Assembly (NCBI GenBank): GCA_965235115.1
Contig: OZ249436.1
Location: forward strand, 20,090,001 to 20,154,000
Direction of reading: 5' to 3'
Length of the DNA stretch: 64,000 bases
From: Laetmonice hystrix
Lineage: Eukaryota
Each line of letters begins with the position of its first letter. Position 1 is the first letter of the stretch. Position numbers and translations under genes: made by a program. Shown here piece by piece: positions 38,118 to 50,700 of the stretch. The notes under the pieces are model-generated. The model was not told the DNA's origin. It did not search any database and saw only the letters and a program-made list of their open reading frames with translations.

Positions 38118-38422
38118 AGCAAAAACTGACCATCTCTCATTTCAATGACTCCAAACTGCAGACATGGGCTGTCAGGTTCGTCGGTTCATCGCCCGATGAA
38201 TTTCATTGGCTGTTAGAGCCAATGCCAGGCCAACGACTTTTGTCAACAACCAACCATTAGACGATCGCTTCATAGCGACAAGGGCAACTGGAATGTTGAA
38301 TTTCATTTGATTTCTCCATTTCGGTGGGTATACATTATTGATTTACGTAGTCTTAGTCCCTAACCTAACAGCCGATGTCTGCACTTTGGAGTCATTGAAA
38401 TAAGAGATAGTCGGTGTTTGCT
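38118..38422 (+). mobile_element. Kolobok-like MITE, family C copy 1 (305 bp)
   Basis: Imperfect TIR of about 50 bp, agcaaaaactgaccatctctcatttcaatgactccaaa...tttggagtcattgaaataagagatagtcggtgtttgct, with TTAA at 38114-38117 and 38423-38426. Confidence 0.88.
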
Positions 38423-39395
38423 TTAATATAACTGTTACAATATAAGAAACGAAATCCACAACCTTTAAAAGTGAAAGACTTCAATTTTGAAAACGCCTAT
38501 CAGATAAAACAATATTATTTTTGAAATATAAAATTACTTGACTTGATGAAAAGATTCTCCGCTGGGGCAAGTGTTATTTTACTTTTTTTACTTTTGATTA
38601 TACTTTTTATAATTCTTTTTATTGGGCACTGAATAAGCTAATACCCAATACAACTTACAGATCTGGAGGCGACCTTTTGAAGCGCTTGACTGGAGGTTTT
38701 GTTAGTTTGTATGAAGAATGATGCATTGTTCTATGTGAACGTTCTGAGAAATCTATCGCATCAGTGATAATTAAAGGCCTATTACAGCATTATATAGTTG
38801 TCAATGAAATGCCATTTTCATTGCGAAGCGCGCCGAGAGAGTTATAGCGCAGAAGGTGAGGTAACGTGGTAACACAAAATCGTTTGTATTGTAACTTAAT
38901 AATATTATCCATAACCCTGGGTTATTATATCTCCGGGTTCACAGTAATAGCATTCCTGTCGGGGCCCTATATCAGTATCCGCCTCGGTCTATTGATTGGT
39001 AAACTATACCCAGGGCGGGATGTTCTGTCAGGATGTTGTGCGGTGGGTTTGAATGGATGCCTGACCCTGGTCGTATTAGATGTATACGCTCTCTACCAAA
39101 GATATCTTTAGATGTACCACCAATGCAGCGTCCAACTAATGTGTCTCTAAAAAACATTTTTCGTGTAAATTCCATTTTGTCGTTTAAGAGACGATTATAG
39201 CCATGATACCTTGGCATCAGTCTCCATCTAATGGGCCCCAAAAAACAAACAAATGGTATCATTGAATCATCTAATGGGGATAAGCTGAGGATGGAGAGCA
39301 GTGGGGGAGAAGCACTGGATAGAACATGCAGAAAGGAGGAGGTATTCGCAAATGATCCGGATTGATGCCAAGAAGCTTCTGAAGGAGGAGGGCCA

Positions 39396-39611
39396 GCCTG
39401 AAAACCAAATGGTATCATTGAATCATCTAATGGGCAAGCCGGCGTGAAAACCAAATGGTATCATTGAATCATCTAATGGGCAAGCCGGCGTGAAAACCAA
39501 ATGGTATCATTGAATCATCTAATGGGCAAGCCGGCCTGAAAACCAAATGGTATCATTGAATCATCTAATGGGCAAGCCGGCCTGAAAACCAAATGGTATC
39601 ATTGAATCATC
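39396..39611. repeat. 46-bp minisatellite, about 4.5 copies, plus a partial copy near 39249-39277
   Basis: aaaaccaaatggtatcattgaatcatctaatgggcaagccggc(g/c)tg; period 46. Confidence 0.92.
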
Positions 39612-40051
39612 AATTCGAGGGCCAATCCAATTTGATTTCTCGTCTCAATGACAGGTACGATTGGTCGCAGTTATTGAGAAGCAACATATTGATTACAATC
39701 ATCAATCTATGGCAGGAGAGAAAGGATTTCTGGCTCCTGTCACGGCATATCCATAACACAAACAGATCGACATCATGGCAAATACTGTTTGAGGCTGAGG
39801 TTCTGAAACTCTACCTATGATCGACCACCTCAGGGAGAGATTAGGCCGCCCGCTGTCCTCCCCAAACCTAATATCTCAAGTATTCAATCTCCGTTACTCA
39901 TCAACATTTTATTGCCGCTCAACATATAGGCTAAAACAACCTTGATTTATCAGTAGTGCCTATTTGAAGTAGGGGCCTAAATGAAGAGGAACCGGCGCCT
40001 TCAAAATGGTAGGCATAATGTTACATCTACGCCCACGCCAATTTATCAACC

Positions 40052-40235
40052 CCAGGCCCCGGTTTTTAGTTCGTCATTTTACCAATCTTAAGACTGAAAT
40101 TTTAAGATTGACTTGTATTATGGCCTCTCATTGGCTGACTTCATTTGAAGGACCAAACAGAAGCTCTGAAACAAGAGTTTAGTCTTAAGATTTGAATCTT
40201 AAGACTCGGTTTGCAAACTAAAAACCAGGGCCTGG
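40052..40235. mobile_element. PIF/Harbinger-like MITE
   Basis: Inverted repeat ccaggccccggtttttagtt...aactaaaaaccagggcctgg (19/20 match), CWG context, internal tcttaaga repeats. Confidence 0.65.
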
Positions 40236-40490
40236 CGGCTTTAAGAAACCCTGGGTCTAATTAAGGTTTCGGTGGGGAATACTGCATGGCAGGTTAATCA
40301 TATAGCTATAGGCCTAGTAGTAGGCTATAGTATCGCCTTTATAAAGGGGTGACTGCAATTATAGGTTTACATGCATGGAGGCCTAGGCCTATGTTTCAGC
40401 GGTTCAACGGTTAGTCTATTTGGATGTCAATTTCCCCTTTGCACTTTTAATACGAAAGGCGCCACGCACTTTCCAGGGCTTATCTATTAA

Positions 40491-41066
40491 AGGGAAATGT
40501 GAGTGTTCAAAGCGCCGCGTAGTGAGTCGCGTTGGTACTACTGGGGAAATGCGAGTGTTCAAAGCGCCGCATAGTGAGCTTGAACAGAAAAATGTTTGGC
40601 TTAGGCTATTTATGCAGTCAACTAGTTTGATGTGGAAATCAGTAGTATTTTTTAAACCATGAACCAAACTGTGTGCCAGAACCTGTCTACTCCATTGAAT
40701 GCTATAGTTAAAACCCGTGTTTTACCAAGGCACTGACTGTTTGGCAGGCTGTAACTTTTTTTAAATTCGGTGACCCCAATTTTTGTTTTAAACTATTAGT
40801 CCTGATCCACTTGATCTTGTCACCGAATTTCAGGAGAAAATCAGTGGTCGTTTTTTAACCATTAGTCAAAATATCTGAAAAATCACGTTTTTCCCATTGA
40901 AACCTATTAGTAAAGACCCATTTTTTTACGGAGGCCTGTATAAAAAAAATTAATTCGGTGACATATGATTTTGTTTTTGTTTCTTTGTACTCTAAGGACA
41001 AGGCTATCCCCCATAAAAATATTTCAAAAATTCTGGTGGTCAATCAAATTCCGTCGAACACTCACA
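40491..41066 (-). mobile_element. Kolobok-like MITE, family B copy 2 (inverted, one end truncated)
   Basis: Reverse complement of 16617-17199 over its whole length; TTAA at 40487-40490; the last 7 nt of TIR and the second TTAA are missing after 41066. Confidence 0.9.
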
Positions 41067-41199
41067 AGGGAAGGTCTATGGTAGACTCTAATATTTGTAA
41101 TAAACGATTGATTCGAATCATTAATTTTTCCTGTCTTGTCTTTTGTGTTCCCTCTTTCCGTGGTGGGAGTGAAGCCTAGGGTTTATGGAATCACCCCAG

Positions 41200-41357
41200 G
41201 GGTGCGTTTCAATAAAGCCCACAGATATCTTTAAAAACCTCGTTGGAGCCAGGTGCGAGGTTTTTTTTAATTGAAACACTCCCTCTCTCCCAATGAAGAC
41301 TGCACTAGTCCAAAAGATATCTTTGGCAAAGATATCTTTTGATATTGAAACGCACTC
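41200..41357. mobile_element. Small Harbinger-like MITE upstream of DDX31
   Basis: TIR gggtgcgtttcaata...tattgaaacgcactc (14/15 match); internal aaagatatcttt palindromes. Confidence 0.6.
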
Positions 41358-41783
41358 CACGTAGGCCTAATATCCTAGATCTAGGCCTAAACCGTCATTC
41401 TATTAAAATATTTTAACATTCAGACGGCTGAACTCCTATTAGAGGCCAAATATTTCAAGGCATGTAGATCTATATCTCTTTCATGATAGGTCTTAGATTC
41501 AAAGTCTTGGCATGGACCTAAATGTGCATGGTGAGCCTCAAGTGCACCAGCAGTAGGGTAAAGACGGGTCGAATCAGGTGGGGACACCTGGCGATTTAGT
41601 ATGGCACCAGCTCTCATTCGGAATTCTGCCCCCAGGGGGCTCTTGCTGGTCAGAGTAGTTCCTATATCAGTTACCAGATGTCGCTGAGAACAAGTTGAAA
41701 CCGGTATCAGTGTGAAAGAGCTTTTGCCAAATATTAACACGTGCTTCCGCTTGGAGTGGGAACTCGTGGAATCCAAAACTGAA

Positions 41784-44700
41784 ATGGACGAGGACGCCTC
41801 TTTGCAGTTGAACATCACTTCGGGTGGGATCTGGGCAAAGGAAAAGAAGACAAAGCCGACAAGAAGAGAGAGGGTATAAGTTATAACCTGTGATTTTGTA
41901 GGGTCCTCTGGGATGATGTTTTTTGCATAGATGTGTAACGTGTCGTTAGGCCTAGTACTAACTATGTAGTATGTTATAGTCTAGATATAACGTTATAGTA
42001 TAGCCTAGTAGTACTATAATTATATAGTAGTAGTAGTATACATATAGTCTATAACGTTACTATAGTATAGCCGAGTAGTAGTAGTAGTAGTACTCGTAGT
42101 AGTAGTAGTAATAGACCTACCCCCTCTCATATTAAACCACCTAGATTTGCCTGCAATCTCGTAATAAATTGGAAGCAAAACAACTGTGTGTAAGTAGTAG
42201 ACTACACATCGATGCTCTCCAGATAACTGCACTCTGACACTGACAGTGACAAATGCGTGAAGATTCAAGCAACGGACTGCATCAAGTTGGCCATGTAATT
42301 TCCGTACAAGTTCTGATTCGTCAAAGTGTGCAACAGGGTTTGAAGCAATTTCATATCGCACCAAATATCAAGCATGTTCACGATATTGAATATTTGTTGT
42401 GCCTATAATCTTGCCATGCAGCGATGCAAGGCACATGCAAAAAGTGGGGTGATGCAGTGTATCTACAATGCGACTTTGCATCCTATGTTGGCATCACCTC
42501 TTAAGTTAAGGTCGTGACACACTATACGACTTGTCCTTGGCCCTTCTGTCGGCGCATCTATTGCTTGACTTGTCGCTGCAACTATTATGGCGATTTTAAG
42601 GACACACTGAGCAACAAATGTTGCTACAAATCAGGCGATAGATTCGCCGACAACAATGGTGGCGACACCGGTGGAATCTCTGAGAACTACAACAGATGGC
42701 AACAGCAACAGTCGCCCTGGCCACAATCTTGTTATCTGAAGAAGACAGCTTCTGCCTTAAAAAAACTAATCAGCTTGGCAAAGATAGGGTGCCTGGCTGT
42801 TAGTGTTCTGGGTACATCACCTGTATCTGAAAAAACAGACCTTTAAAATACGCCTATATTTTCCAATTGGGTATAATCATCCCCTGACTTGTATACCAGT
42901 GCCACCTAGCATTCAGACATTTACGTACATTATATTGACAGCCAGATATAATATCTTCATTAGGCCTCGTACAAATCATAACTTGAAGGAATTGACAGTG
43001 CTGTCCAATTATAGAACTTGACATAGTAATAGACTAGCTGTTTCTGCATCAGTTTTTAAACCTTACACAAATTGTTTGATTGGTTTCCAGTTAAAGGGGA
43101 AAAGGAAAGTTTGGAAAAGTCCTGCCAGCAAAGAATCTGTTAGTTCAAAGGAGCCACCTGTGACTGTTCAAAAGACAAAGGATGATCACAAAAGGCTGCC
43201 GAGGGAAGCTGGACAGAAGAGTAACTCTACAGCAGGAGTGGCAGCAAAATTTTCAGCTTTGTTCACCAAAAATCCAGCTATTCCAGATGTTAAAAGGTGA
43301 GAACATTTATTTGCCATCCTGAAATGACAGTACGGGTTATCATAAAATGACTGAGGTTTTTTTATCCTGATCCTGTTGAACCAGTGACAGTGTTTTAGGT
43401 AAGAGGATACATCATACCTACAAATAAATTTTAGCTACACCTCAATCAACCAGGAGTTTTTGTTTGATGGGTTAACCCTAACTCAACTGTACTGTAAGAT
43501 AAGATATTTTTGTTTGATGGGTTAACCCTAACTCCACTGTATTGTAAGATAAGATGTTTTTGTTTGATGGGTTAACCCTAACTCCACTGTATTGTAAGAT
43601 AAGATGTTTTTGTTTGATGGGTTAACCCTAACTCCACTGTATTGTAGGATAAGATGTTGCAGGGCCATCTAACGGTGGCACTAATAAATCCATGTCATCT
43701 TTCAGTGTCACTGTTAAACCCATTCGAGAAGCTGTGTTCTCTGGGAACAGCTTCAAGGATCTTAACCTACATCAGTATATGGTATATATTGCTTTAGATA
43801 TCTGATATACAGTCAGACCTTGTTAATTCGTGCTTCTTTAATCCAAATACTCGTACCTCACAATCAGAAAACACTTTCTGGTAACCTCTTCTACCGTTTT
43901 CTATTTAAAATGATTCAGTAATCCATATTTTTCATAATCTGAACACATTTTAATGGGGACTAAGCTGATCGGTAAACGAGGTCTGACTCTATTTGATTCA
44001 TAAAATGTTGTGGAGACATTCCATAACTTTGACCCAGACAAGAATATCTTCTTCAGACTAATAAACAGACAAACATTCTCTCGACCACAAGAAAGGGTAA
44101 CTGAAATGGGGGAGGAAGTTGCTCCCCTCCACAGTTTTGGGTGGATGTTCTGTTTTTAATAGTTTAAAATAATACTGTTTCATGAGATATCTTGGATGAC
44201 TGGTCATTGACTTCGTTTGGAATTAACCTGTGACATTTATGGCCAGTTTACATTTCTCTCACTTTTCAGGTGTCAAACCTTGAGGAGAAATTTGGCTTCA
44301 GTCAAATGACAGCTGTTCAAAAGGCTGCCATTCCACACATGTTGAATGGCTGTGATCTCCTAATTAAGTCACAAACTGGCTCAGGTAATATGCATTACTC
44401 TTTGTAGAATCATTTTGATCAGGCACTTAACCATTGGTTGTGTACAATTTTAGAAGCTGTGGTTGTAGCAATATCAATTATAAAATTAAGTGAGCTGCTA
44501 CTCTGATTTCAACTTATAATGTTTTATTTATAAACATAAATTATGACGCATGGATCTATGTTTTAATTGATTGTCAATATTTACTAAAAGACAGCCTCTT
44601 TGCAGGAAAGACACTTGCTTATGCAGTCCCCATTGTTGAGAAGCTTCAAGCAATGACGCCGAAGATAAGTCGTGCAAGTGGACCATATGCTATTGTGATT

Positions 44701-47700
44701 GTACCTACACGTGAGCTGGCGATACAGAGCTGTAAAACATTCATCAAGTTGACCGGGGTAGAGAAATACTGTCTTTCAATTTTTGTTGAATGCTCAAAAG
44801 TCAAAGGTCAAGTGGTCAGCAGTCAAACACCTACCAAAATAATGATTTATTTTGAAAGTCTAACATGTTTCCAATCATATCAAACTTGCTTAAATATAAC
44901 ATATGGAGTTTTATTTTTCTGTGAATTTTTGTGTGTAATTTTTGCTGAAAATCCCCCAGCCCCCTGGCAGGGTACGGACCAGAGGGTTTACATGTATCTT
45001 CACACATGAGTTGTTAAACCCCAGCACTGATGAGAGAAATTTGCTCCTCAAAATGAGTTTTTAAAAATACATTTGAACCTTTTTTTGAAGCCGTTCAATT
45101 GGGTGGTGCCAGGAAGCCTGATGGGGGGCGAGAAACGCAAGGCAGAGAAGGCACGGCTACGGAAGGGTCTTAATATTGTTATAGCGCCACCTGGTCGACT
45201 TCTTGACCATCTACTCCACACTGAGAACTTCAGAGTAGAAAATTTAAGGTGGCTTGTTATCGACGAGGCAGACAGGTAAGGTCAGCTCTGAAGGTCACAC
45301 AAAGGTTCCAAAGACACAACTCAGATTGTAACATATACATGTATTGGGGTTTTAACATTTTTCAGATAATGTTTCTTTTTCTTTAGGTGACTGAGGGAAC
45401 CATAAGTTTTACATTTGTACATAACAATATGCATTTTACTGACAATTTGTACATTATCATATGTCCTAGAAACCTAGAATCCTACAAAATACAATCCAAA
45501 CCACAATAGATATTTTATTTTCTGAAGGTTAATGGATCTTGGATTTGAAAAGGATGTGTCTCAGATTGTAGCTGTCTTGGATCAGAAGGCAGTAGAGTAC
45601 AGACAGACAGTCCTACTGTCGGCCACACTGGGGCCAGGTATGTAACATTATGTTTTTCTTTCTTGGATCATGGTAGTAGATACACAGAATCACTAACAGA
45701 CATAGTATCACTCTCTGGATGGAGTTAAGGAGAAACAATCCTATTAAACCAACTTAATTCAGGCCTGTGATTTTTCCGGTTTTTGCCAAATTTTTCAGCT
45801 TTTTTGTATCAAAAAGTTACCCCTCTGTGATTGGTGCAAATCTGTTGAGATCTTATAATTCATATCTAGGGGGTGGGGGTAAAACTTGTCCAAATTGGCC
45901 AAAACTCGCCAGTGCATGGTTGGAAATCATTCCAGTATTAACATAAATAAAACCTCCAAAATGCATCAATTGCACCATTTTAAACATGAAATTGTCACAT
46001 TTTTCGCTGTGAGAGGGGACGCCCCTCCCGCACCTGCCCCTAGTTGCACCACAAAAGTTCAGGATTTTTTTCCTTCACCTGATCACAACCCTGTTAATTC
46101 CATTGATAGTAATATTTGTGGATATGATAGAGACTGCCTGGCCTGAATTGGGAAGGTTTTGTGTGTGTGTGTGTGATTGCTACTACTGTAACCTCAATGT
46201 TACCCGAACCAGGTGTGGAACAGTTGGCGGGAATCAGTTTACGTGACCCAATCCACATCAGTATTTCACACGGTGGAGACGCCAAGCCCACAGACCAGTT
46301 ACCCTCATCTAAAGATCATGTGGAGGACAAAACAAAACGGGTGTTAGGTGCCAAGGATATTACTAAAGACACAACAAAACAAATGTTTGCAACCCCGGAA
46401 AGTTTACGTCATCAGTGTGTTTTGATACCTAACAAGTTAAGACTTGTCACCCTGGCAGCGTTCCTAGTGTCTAAATGTAAGGTACGTGCAGTATTGGTAT
46501 TTTCAAATAACTTCTCACGCATAATCTAGATTAGTATAAAGGTTGCAATCATGTCAAGTGCAGTACGCCATTTCAATGAAGGAATTTAGAAAAATTGACA
46601 CCAACTACCTAGCCAGACTCCTACATCTGCCCACAGGGGGACTAGATGTTTCATGTCGTGATTTGGACCTTGGTATCAAAACTGTCTTGTAACTTTTTTA
46701 ATTACGGACTAGATAATGGTAACTCAGCCTTTTGAGGTAAATATTTAACCATTTCCCCCCATTTTCTCTACAGTTTAGTAGAAAACCTTGCAAACTGATA
46801 GCATTCGTGGCGACCCAGGATGCAGTTGAGTTTCATCACCATGTGTTCAAGACGTGCCTTGCAGACAGCACCGAGGAGGACAGTGAAGAAGAAGAAGAGG
46901 AGGAAGAGGACTGGCTCTTTAAACTTCATGGAGATATGCCACAAAAGGTAGCTCTGAGTTGTCTGAACTGTGTCAGCAATCGCCTGGGATTGCTGTGGCT
47001 TCCTTAGTTATAATAAATGTAAGATTGTTTGAAGGTGACAACTTTATGTATGGTATCCCATGTGATATGGCTGATGTAATCAGTGACAGACACATTGTAA
47101 GAGAAGTTAATCTTGTGTGCTAACCTTGATTTATTATGTCGTTTTATTTTTCAAGGAAAGGACCAAGGTGTTCCAAGAGTTTAGTGAGGCATCCTGGGGA
47201 GCTCTCATATGCACGGTACCAGTGGAGAAATTTTCTTTTTTCAAAATGCACAGTAGCGTGGGTACTCAACAGGGTTGGCTACTTAAAACCTACTCGTGTT
47301 TAATGATAGAAAAGTAACTTTTAGAGAATTGTGGAACCTCCACCTCCTTGATCAAACCTTCTAATTTAGTAGTTGGTTTTAGGTTGTCTGTATATTTTGT
47401 TTGTCATGTGTGCCATATAACCCCTTGGCTGTCCTCGCAGGACGTTGCTGCGCGTGGCCTTGACCTGCCTGCGGTGGAGTGGATTGTACAGTACCACCCA
47501 CCAGGTACAGTAGCAGATTACATACACCGGGCTGGCCGCACGGCAAGGGCAGGCTCCCTCGGTCAGGCTCTACTCTTCCTTACACCAGCTGAGGTCGACT
47601 ACATCAAAATGCTCAATGATCAGAAAATAAAGTAAGTTCTTCTTAAAAATCTTTCTGGGGAGTGAGTTTTTAAATTTTAAACAGATGCTCTGGCCTGGAA

Positions 47701-50700
47701 GTGGTGAAGGCTAGGGGTGACTGTCATGAAGTTAATCGGGTTCATGTACTTCTAACTACGTGGTGTGTGCATCTTTATTAGATGCTCTGGGCTGGGAGTG
47801 ATGAAGGCTAGGGGTGACTCATGACGTTAATCAGGTTCATGTACCGTACTTTTAACTATGTGGGCTGGGAGTGATGAAGGCTAGGGGTGACTCATGACGT
47901 TAATCAGGTTCATGTACCGTACTTCTAACTATGTGGGGTGTACATCTTTATTAGATGCTCTGGCCTGGGAGTGATGAAGGCTAGGGGTGAATGTCATGAA
48001 GTTAATCAGGTTCATGTACTGTACTTCTAACTACATGGCCTGGGAGTGATGAAGGCTAGGGGTGACTCATGACGTTAATCAGGTTCATGTACTTCTAACT
48101 ATGTGGGGTGTACATCTTTATTAGATGCTCTGGGCTGGGAGTGATGAAGGCTAGGGGTGACTCATGACGTTAATCAGGTTCATGTACCGTACTTCTAACT
48201 ACGTGGTGTGTACATCTTTATTAGATGCTCTGGCCTGGGAGTGATGAAGGCTAGGGGTGAATGTCATGAAGTTAATCAGGTTCATGTACCATACTTCTAA
48301 ATACGTGGGCTGGGAGTGATGAAGGCTAGGGGTGAATGTCATGAAGTTAATCAGGTACCATACTTCTAAAACTATGTGATGTGTACATCTTTTGCAGGGT
48401 TGACATGGTGGATATGAACAGCATCCTGAAAGTTTTACAAGGCAATGTCATCCGCTTACTCGGCGGATCCTTGCCGAGGGTAAGATATTCTCTTTCTCTA
48501 GTATGGTGTATCACAATGAAGAAAAGATTTTCATAACATCAGCCTAAAATAATAGGTAAGGTGTGTGAGTAGACCCTGTTTAAAGAAATAATATTATATT
48601 GCCTTTGTATACTAGTCTGAGCACAGCTAAACATATGCTTTATGAATACCGTAAGCTTTATGCTAAAATAGAAAAAAACATATGCAATGATTACTACTGG
48701 ACACATCCCCACAGGGCGAAATCCCACATTCTGTACAAGAAAGTGCCATAGCCCTGCAGCGCAAGATGGAGATGTATGTTCATGAAAACCAGGAGGTTCG
48801 CACACTGGCCAGAAAAGGTAACTGTGGTCACACAAACCTGGGTATTCACATGTAGAATCCGGCTGCAGAAATACAGCTTTGTACACACCCAGTTACAACT
48901 CAATCAAATACATTTAACTTCTAGCTGGGCCATACGTGGGCTGACATTTGAGATGGCTAAGTCTTCGGATAAATGTCAAAATAAAAGTGATAGAAAACAA
49001 TGTAACTTCAGGGGGATGCCAGGTCAGTCATATTATACAAGGAAAACAATTGTCATTCAATGCACATCAGAATACACCATAGATATCATAAATATATAAT
49101 CTGTTTTTTTTCCCTTATTTCAGCATATCAGTCTTTCATAAGGGCATACACGACTTATCCGTCCGGGCTGAGGCATGTGTTTAACCTGAAGAACCTACAC
49201 CTTGGCCATGTGGCCAAGAGCTTCTGTCTGGCTGAGACACCCGGAAAAATTGGCTCTATTGTAGGCAACTTTGTTACACAGCGCCGCTCGCAGAAAAACA
49301 AACGGTGAGACATGCTTAAAAACGGGTCCTCCCTTAGGGTCATGTGCTACAAGTCAAACCCATCACTTAAAAACGGGTCCTCCCTTAGAGTCATGTGCTA
49401 CAAGTCAAACCCATCACATATCAATATTATGTATCTTGAGTGTTTCTGATTTTAAAAAGAGAAAAATATCCATGTCACTATGCTGACCTTTGTGTGGTCA
49501 GTCTATATAAAATGCACGTTACTGTTAATTTGAGTGCACCTACACTAATCTGGGGGCCACCAGGGTAAACCCAATGCTTTGCAAAGGCATTATTTCCCAT
49601 AAACCTAGGCTTATAACAAAAAACTAACCACGGTGACATATCTTATCATTTTATAAATCAAAAATACTTGTTCTTTGTATTGAAATACATTATATTGATA
49701 TGTAATGGGTTTGGGTTGGATACATTGGTTACTACGAAGCTGTATTAGGGCCATGGCAAAAAAAAATCACATAAAAGTCTAACCCGTACGTACGACTTAG
49801 TAACCCGTACGTACGACTTAGTAACCCGTACGTACGACTTAGTAACCCGTACGTACGACTTAGTAACCCGTACGTACGACTTACTAACCCGTACGTACGA
49901 CTTACTAACCCGTACGTACGACTTCCTAACCCGTACGTACGGCTTACTAGCCCGTACGTACGGCTTACTAACCCGTACGTACGGCTTACTAACCCGTACG
50001 TACGGCTTACTAACCCGTACGTACGGCTTACTAACCCGTACGTACGGCTTACTAACCCGTACGTACGACTTTTAGTAACCCGACTCTTTGTGTTCACTGT
50101 GAAAAAAGTCTAACCCGTACGTACGCCTTAGTAACCTGTACGTACGCCTTAGTAACCTGTACGTACGACTTAATAACCCGTACGTACGACTTAGTAAGTC
50201 GTACGTACGGGTTACTTAGTCGTACGTACGGGTTACTAAGTCGTACGTACGGGTTACTAAGTCGTACGTACGGGTTACTAAGTTGTACGTACGGGTTACT
50301 AAGTCGTACGTACGGGTTACTAAGTCGTACGTACGGGTTACTAAGTCGTACGTACGTGATACTAAGTCGTACGTACGGGTTAGACTTGTCTGGATTTTTT
50401 TTGGCCATGGCCCTAATACAGCTTCGTAGGTTACCATGGTGAGATATGGTACGAGATTTGATAGGTGCCGCACATGACCTTAAAGTCACTAGACTAGTAT
50501 TTCTGCTGTTGGAGTCAGGCATCCAGCTTCATTTAGTGTAGTGGTGACATTTTAAATATACTCAGATGAACTACTACAGGCGGGTAATTCTTACATTTGT
50601 AGGTCAGATGATTCAGATGAACCAGCAACAAAGCGGATGAAACGCAATGTATCTGAATACGATTCTGGCTTTGACAGTGCCACAGTGAAGAAAATGGCAA

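Noticed and set aside
38972..39820. 160-aa and 75-aa ORFs that might be retroelement or transposase remnants
   Set aside because: Partly built from the 46-bp repeat, and I could not recognise RT, endonuclease or DDE motifs.
47795..48330. Repeated GTGATGA (C-box-like) in an intron of a ribosome-biogenesis gene, suggesting tandem C/D snoRNAs
   Set aside because: No CTGA D box at the expected position (the unit has CTGG) and no recognisable rRNA-complementary guide.
49732..50522. ORFs with SRTYGLV and NPYVRLS repeats
   Set aside because: Translations of the 21-bp arrays of the foldback element.
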